DNA of 53,871 nt, counting the filler, from Thelocarpon superellum (Eukaryota): NCBI GenBank assembly GCA_026025795.1. It is 2 parts of 2 records of this genome, joined end to end, with 100 filler letters (N's around TTAATTAATTAA, not from the genome) between each part and the next. Parts side by side here need not be neighbours in the genome. Positions count along the whole stretch, not along the records: positions 27,136 to 53,871 come from JAPEUG010000254.1; 1 more part is not named here. The stretch is one strand, 5' to 3'. The translations under genes and the position numbers were made by a program. The notes beneath the pieces are model-generated. The model made no database searches. It was given only the letters and a program-made list of their open reading frames with translations, and was not told the origin of the DNA. This document shows, piece after piece, positions 47,001 through 53,871 of the stretch; the stretch's first letter is position 1, and the number at the start of each line of letters is the position of its first letter.

Positions 47001-47744
47001 CATCGCCGCACCTCGTAACCCACGATCGTTATGGGGCAAAGACACGTCTGAAGAGCCTCGATGCCAAACGCATCATATATCTAGCTGCAATTGTATTCAA
47101 CGAACAGGCACTGCTTAACTAGTGGTACAGTGTGTATATCGCGGTCTAGACAGCTGTGGTATGCTGTATAGCATAATTTGAATGTGGTATCAATTGACCG
47201 GACGACCTTCAATCAATGTTTCTGGAGATTCCGGCGATTTGCCCTTTGCTGTTTGTTAATTTTCGGGTCGAATCCATCATCAGTCTTTCTGCTGGGATCT
47301 GACAAGGAAGGAATTTCAAGGGATCCATGAACCCCGTCCTTTCCCACTCACCGCGAGTCAAATCATGCCCATGCCGGGTTGTTAAACGGATTGGGTGGCT
47401 GAAATTGGAATCTACGAACAGGGGAAAAAATAGATAATCAGACCTGACAGCTGTCGCGATCCAGTCCGACTGGAACAGTCGATTGTTAACGCCGGCAGCA
47501 GATAATGGTAGTCAGAAGGCCTCAACTAGATGTCTATGAAGTCATCACGACAGAAAGAGCAGATATTTCATGGCGTAGAGTTAGTAGCTAGTGGTGTTGG
47601 GGAGAAGAACGTTCATGGGCACTGCCAACATCTCGATGTTTCAACTCTTACAGTCCTCGATGAACCACACCACCAATCTCGAGTATCCTTCGAGCAGCCG
47701 CGCTCCCCATCGGATGTTCAAATTGAAATAGACCTGATCTTGCC

Positions 47745-50700
47745 ATGTCCACGGATCACTTTGGCCGTATCCGCCATCACTTTGACGGGCTAGCCAGCGA
47801 TGATGGCGAGATCCGCCTCCATGCCTCTTCTACCATCATCTCGGGACTCGAAAGTGCACCAACCCCAGCGATTCGGACAGCACTTGCTAGGCTGATAAGG
47901 GGCCTATCGAGCGGGCGGAAGTCGGCCAGACTTGGCTTCGCCGTCACTCTGACAGAGGTTGGCGCTCGGTCGGTTTGCGACGATCTCGTTGGCTGATATT
48001 GAACGTCCAAGCAAGCTCCTCTCAACCATCTTCGACCGTGAGACGGCCGCCGACGACGATGTCAGTCTTTTGGAGATTCTGCAGATGCTCCAGTCGAGTA
48101 CGAAACCCGAGGGCAAGACTTCGGGACAGGTAAGTCTGCTCTGCGCCTGGCGGGCAGTTCAAACTTTCAGGGCTCATGCGTGCGCGGAATCCAGGAAGAG
48201 CGAGACCATCATCTAGGCCGGCTCTTCGGCCTCGACGCAATAATGAAGTCTGGAATTTTATTCAAGACTGAACCCTCCCACACAGCAGAACTGTTGAGAT
48301 TGCTGTTTGATCTAGCAAAGAAAAAGCCGTGGCTACGGGAGGAGTGTGGCTGGATCGTCTACCGTGCCGTGCAGGATGCCCCGAGGACGACAGTATGCGT
48401 CTCGTTTGTGGAGATTGTGATGCGCGAACTGGAAGCAGCAAAGCTTGCCCGATCTCCTGATAGCACGGCGATCTGGCTCGTTGTGCGGGATCGGTATCCT
48501 CAAGTGAAACTTCCCCAAGAGCCATGGCGGCATGCCGATCCCCTACACCCGGAGAACTTGACCGCATTGTCAAAGGTGCTAAAGGAATCACATGCGCCCA
48601 AAGACACGGCAGATGACGGGCATGAGAAGCACGCCCAGACGGGCACGTGGAATTCGAAGCCTCACTTTGCGTGGGACGTCATCTTCGAGATTCTCTTTCA
48701 GCCCTCGTTGCAAGAGGCGGACCGGGTTCAATTCCACCAGTTCTGGCAAAAGGCCGTGGATCAGACCCTCTTCTCGGCCTCGGCATCGACAGAACGGAAG
48801 TACTGGGGCCTCATGCTCTTCGTCAAAGCGTTTGAAGGCGCTCCTGCCGCGGTCCTCCCGAGTGTGTTCAGTGACAATCTCGTGAGGTGCTTCGTCAATC
48901 ATCTGGCGCAAGAAGATCGATATCTTCATCGGACGGCTCACCGAGCTTTGAAGGTCATGCATGCCCGGATTGAGAAGGAATCCTCACTTGCCATTGATGC
49001 AGTTCTTGGTTTAACCAAGCCGGGACTCCCACATTTCGACCAGGCCACTAAGACTAAAACCATCTCCACTCTATTGACTCATGTCCAAACAGCAGATCTG
49101 GAGAAACTCCAAGATGCGCTGCTGGCATCCATCATCCGCCCAGACTTGCAAGACGCCGATGCTTTGGAGCGCCGACGTCGGATGTTGGCCGACCATCTCG
49201 TTTCCGCCTTACGAAGCCGGCGCGACGCCGACGACTCAAGTTACTTCTTCGGGACTTTCGTGCAGTTTGGTTGTCTTGGATACTTGGGAGTAAATGCAGA
49301 GGACCACGTTCCAACTCCCCCAGTGACGAATCTGTCGAGGACGATGTTCCGACAAAGCCTTTCAGCATGTTTCGGTCACCTGTTGTCCTTCCCATCCGAG
49401 CTGACGATGCGTCTGCCCTATCAAACCCTTCTCGCTGTTGCCCAGCTCGCGACGCCGAAAACGGCCGCCTCTTCTGTGGATGATGTGTCGAGGACGAGAG
49501 CGACATTGTCTAAGATGGAAGGACTGCGCAAGCTGGTACGTGCTCTGACCGTGTCAAGGGCGGTTTCCGGTCTTGGTGCGTACAGATCTAAGTTGAGCTG
49601 ACTTATCCGTTTCGTCTCAGGATGATCTGGCCGCATCGAATATTCGGGTTCGAGCTTTTCAGCTGCTGTACGCGCTGGTGGCGCTTCAAGTCCTCGATCG
49701 TGACGAGGAGAGCGCATCGATCCTGTCTGAATTGGAAGCCTGTCTTGAGGACGTCTCTAAGGCGCCGGAGAAGGCTGGCGATGCTCTTTCCGCTACGCTT
49801 CTTGAGATCCTCCTCAGTCTGCTCTCGAAGCCATCGGTGCTCTTGCGTAAATTGTCGCAACAGGTGTTTGCGGCATTCGCAGCCGGCCTCAGAGTGAAGA
49901 GCCTTCAGATCCTCTTTGATGTAAGACGAAAGTCCCCCTTCTACGAGCGTCCAACCTCTGACTCATACTACGCAGGTATTGGATACGTCGGAGTCACTTG
50001 ACGGACAGCAAGCATTATTCGACGAGGGGACGAGTGGCCCCGAGTCGAGTGACGACGATGATGTCTCAATCTGGTCAGCAGATTCGGGCGAATCCGCCAG
50101 CGACGAGAGCGACATGGCGCCGGCCGCGGACGAACAATCCGACAGCTCTTCCGGAGCTGTAGGTGGCCGGATGGATGTGGACGACGACGAGCTTTCGCGG
50201 TTGAATGCGGCGCTTGGTCAGATCGTGGGCACGCAGCCCTTGGCTAACGGTGACGCCGGGCATAGCGATGACTCATCGGCCGACGAGCCCATGGACGATG
50301 AGGCCATGTTTGCGTTGGATGATCAGATGGCACAAGTCTTCAAGGAGCGGAAGAAAACGACGAACAAGAAGCAGCAGAAGAAAGATGCCAAGGAGTTGGT
50401 GATCAACCTCAAGAACCGGGTGCTGGATCTCCTCGAGATCTACCTGCGACAGCAACATCAAAACCCACGCGTCCTGGATGTGCTCATACCCTTGCTCCGG
50501 TTGGGACGGACGACGACGAGCAAGCAGGTGGCGGAAAAATGCCGTGGTCTGATTCGAGATCTCGCACATCGGTGCAGAGGTAAAATGGTACCCCAGCTCA
50601 AGAAGCGACGACACGCGTGTAAGGTTCTTGGGGAGATTCACGAGGAAGCCACGCGAGATCCATCACGTGCTCACGCCACGGCATGCAGCCAGTCGAGTCT

Positions 50701-50878
50701 GCTGATTGTCAAAGCTCTGGTTGCGTTGGAGCCCCAGAATGTGGCGCGGATCGTGGAACGCTACGGCAATACGCAGACGAGGTGGCTGACGGGTCAATGC
50801 CGAGTCCAGCCAGTCCTGTTCTCGGACTTTCTGAATTGGTCGGCGTCATTCCGTCAGCAGCAGCAGTCACGGAAATAA
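47745..50878 (+). CDS. POL5: Pol5/MYBBP1A nucleolar ribosome-biogenesis factor ('DNA polymerase phi' family), 5 exons
   Basis: ALARLIRGLSSGRKSARLGFAVTLTE, SGQ|EERDHHLGRLFGL, AKKKPWLREECGW, GTWNSKPHFAWDVI, SASTERKYWG, MDDEAMFALD and KNRVLDLLEIY; four canonical introns in phase. Confidence 0.93.
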
Positions 50879-53871
50879 GACAGGGAAAACTTCGCTTCGA
50901 ACGTTTCCGCTGGCGCATGGAGACGTAGACCGACCGAGGGGTGCGCAACTTACGCAGTTCATCCTAGTCGTGCATCACGCCCGGCGCTTCTCGTAATCAT
51001 CAGCAAGACACGCAGTGTCTACCCGAGTCGTTCATCCCGCTGGCCGGGCGTGTTCAAGGCTGGCCACATGCGAAAGTAGTGATGCTACTGTTTGGCTGAG
51101 TGGAACGAATCGACATGATGGCGGACCCTTGCTGGCGGGCCTGGACAAAGATGCTGAGGAGCTTGCGTAGTAGGCATCGGTACGTGACGGTCTGGCTGAC
51201 ATGGCCTATTCTCACGCCAGGTCGAGACCGTCGGTCACTTCGTGCGTTGAGAAGGCAATGGATAGCGTCGAAGGCGTCAGAGCGATTCGGAACACGCGGA
51301 GGCATCGCGGCGCTTCTAGTGAGAGGGAGTTGGAGAAGTTTCTTGACAAATGCTGGGGCTCGGACAGAGGAGGGGCCTCAGCCGGAGGAGGGGCCTCAGC
51401 CGGGGCCGCGGGGCGTATCGTCACTTGCGTCGACCGGGCCTTCTTGACAGGCGCCTAGGAAGTCCAAAGCACTACGAGGACGCGTCGTGCACGATATTCG
51501 CGTTGAGGCACTTCTGCAATACAGTTCACGCCTTTGTTGTATGCCAATGCAGACACCTAAGTCGCTGTGCCTCCCTGGCAGCAGATGTTGTGACGCTGGC
51601 TGAGATTACTATTTCGCCGACGTCTGGTCGCTGAAGGCTGACCTTCCGCCATATCCTGAAACCTGGCCAGCTCACGTTGGAAAGTATGGTACCGCGGTCT
51701 TTCGCCACTAGCCGAGCTTTGGCCCCGTCCAGCGCACGCGCCGGTCGTGACTTTCCTCCAAGACGACGCGAGCTGACGTTTCAAGTAGCCTACGAGGACC
51801 CCACTTGCCTCTTCTTCATCCTAGACCCGTTGAGTTTTTGCCAATCGGGCTTCTCTCTAGGGTGGGACGCTTGGAGCAGGCGATACGGTGGGTAGGACGA
51901 CGCGGAACTGGTACGTCACTGACCGCTCTGATGTTGAGCTCACGAACGAGTACCACTCGTAGTAGTCCTTCGCCTCTTGGTGAACGTGATCGTGGCCCCT
52001 CGCCCTCGCCATTGTGCAGGCTCATCTTGTCGACTAGCTTTCTACTGGGACAGAAGAAATGACATCGCATACGAGCAGTTGGCGGTGTCCACGGACGACG
52101 CAGTTCTGTGATGATTTTGCTCGCTTCACCCACCACCGGAGGAGATAAGCAGGCCTAGTACACGTAGGCCGTGCCAGTTGGATTCGACCTCCGTCCGTTG
52201 GTAGCATTTTAGTGGCGGACCGCGATTCCATGTCTTAGCGGATGCGGGTCTGCTATCGATATCGCGTCGACCGCTGGTCGCAGCATCGGCCGCGTGCACG
52301 GCCAATTTGATCCTCCACGGATGCAGCACAGCTGGTCGCACGCCCCATGCTGCACGCCTCTCAGCACAGCGCGTCCATGCCTTAAGCTGGGGAGCGTGCT
52401 GCGTCGATTGGACGGACCGGTGGGCCTGACGCAGCGAAGTGGGCTGATGCAGCGCGAGGGAAGCGCGGCGCGTCTGGGAGCCAGAGCCAGATTCACTACG
52501 AGTAGGCATCTAGACGTGCTCGTACATACGCCCGAAGCCAGCAATGCGCGGATGGAGGGGGGTCGTGCTGCTGCTGCTGCTGCTCCTCCTCCTCCTGCCG
52601 CACCCGCTCGCCTCGCCGACGAAGGAATCCCGGTCGGGAACCACATACCACATCTTGACCCAGCGTTCATGCGTTTCGCCATGTTGTCTCGAAGTGGCGC
52701 GAAGACTTCGCGTCGGCACCGACGCGAACGCGACGCGAAACCTTGGTTCTCCTGCTAGCCCTAGCCCCCTCTGTCCTAGTGGTCCATGCAAGCGAAGGGG
52801 TAGGCGAGTCGTGCGCCCTCTTACCACAGGTGGCCGGGGCCTGGCCGTTGGTGCTCCTCGTCACTCTTCATCCCTTGGCCGGACTCGTCGTGATGCCGCC
52901 TTGGCCTCCCGATTTCACAAATATCGAAGGAAAGTTTGCTTCTGTCACTGGTCGAGCTGTCAGCCACCGTGACATTCCCGCCACCCATGAAATTCACCCT
53001 CTATTTTGTCGCCTCCACATCTCGGACGCGCGTCGAGACTGCTGCGCTCGATTCACGCCGACTTCGAGGAAGGCTGTCTGGGAACGGAGGACGAGGTGCT
53101 GCTCCACCCACGCGCTTTGCTTTCTCCACGTAGATTAGCACGATTTGGCCAACCTAATCCCATCATCATTCTCGCAACCACCTCCCTCAACGCCGGCTCC
53201 TTACAGGTCGAGCCTTCCTGGCCGGCGGGCTCACGGTCTGCCGTCGTTCGGGAAAGCTTGTCTGATTGACGCTGGCCCCCTGCCGTTTCGCGTATTGCGG
53301 ATCCCGTCCCTTAGTGTCTTTCCTCCTCGGCTGCCGTGCCCGCACTTTACGCGTGCGTCAGGGCCCGATGCCCAGGAGCGTGCACCTGCAGCGCGCGACG
53401 GCATTGCAGCCCCAGCAGCAGGTACCGCAGCAGGCACGGTAGCAGCGCGGGAGAGGAGCACCTACGAGCACTCGTGCAGCGGCGCAGAGGACGGATACTC
53501 GTTGCCGCCCCGGCGCGAGCACCAGTGCCAGGATCCCCAGGACATCCAGAACCTCCGTCCAGGGCGACCGTTACAAGCCGCTTCCGCTGCCAGTCTCGCA
53601 GGCGCAGGCACCATCTACAGGACCGGGTCCGCGCAGCTGCGACTGCTGCACCTGCAGCATCTACTGCATCCTGCTCTCTCCTCAGGACCCACCTCCTTCC
53701 CCCAGTCGCCCCAGCACGCTGCCTCGGTCGGCTACCTTGCATCGTGGCTCGCTGGTGCAGAGCGTGGTCGCGACGGCAGGCACCCTTGCGTCTCTATTGT
53801 CCTTCTATCTATTGAGCCCCCCGTTCGTCTCTCGTCACTCGCCTCGCTCCAAGTCGTACCACCTCTCCACC

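Noticed and set aside
47200..47285. tRNA or snRNA suggested by GGTCGAATCC and a U-rich stretch
   Set aside because: No cloverleaf, A box or conserved snRNA loop could be built.
44900..47500. Hidden gene in the 3.6-kb CDC25/POL5 intergenic region
   Set aside because: Isolated splice-like signals (for example GCTGACCTTCTAG near 46950) but no convincing spliced CDS or motif.
47745..50878. POL5 as a true DNA polymerase
   Set aside because: The family name is historical; the protein is a helical-repeat nucleolar factor and no polymerase motifs are visible.
52100..53871. ORFs at the right end
   Set aside because: Low-complexity and motif-free; more likely the promoter or leader of a gene beyond the window.

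Overview
Eukaryotic, GC-rich, intron-containing DNA from a filamentous ascomycete (Pezizomycotina-type genes, GT..AG introns with CTRAY branch sites). The supplied ORF track therefore shows only exon fragments plus many spurious antisense ORFs. I reconstructed 20 protein-coding genes by hand. Left part: PIN4/Par14 (5'-truncated), a pre-pro cytochrome b561 membrane protein, an F-box/LRR protein ending in CAAX, a Pth11-like rhodopsin-domain protein divergent from a GMC oxidoreductase, a PXA-domain protein, a CENP-B-type HTH protein, RBG1/DRG1, an ALKBH6-like dioxygenase and DFG10. A 100-nt artificial N/TTAATTAATTAA linker at 27036-27135 splits the window, so the two halves may not be adjacent in the genome. 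Right part: PHB2, NEDD8/RUB1, Elongin A, THO7, tubulin cofactor A, MNR2-type CorA transporter, SLD5, an uncharacterised 417-aa repeat/coiled-coil/J-like protein, CDC25/NimT and POL5. I found no tRNA, rRNA, CRISPR array or intact transposon. Best leads, all unverified: the orphan repeat protein with an HPD-to-HSD J-like tail, a possible splicing-dependent uORF switch in the CDC25 leader, a possible poison cassette exon in cofactor A, a GMC enzyme with an altered active site and apparently lost signal peptide, and a twin E-box palindrome in a bidirectional promoter.
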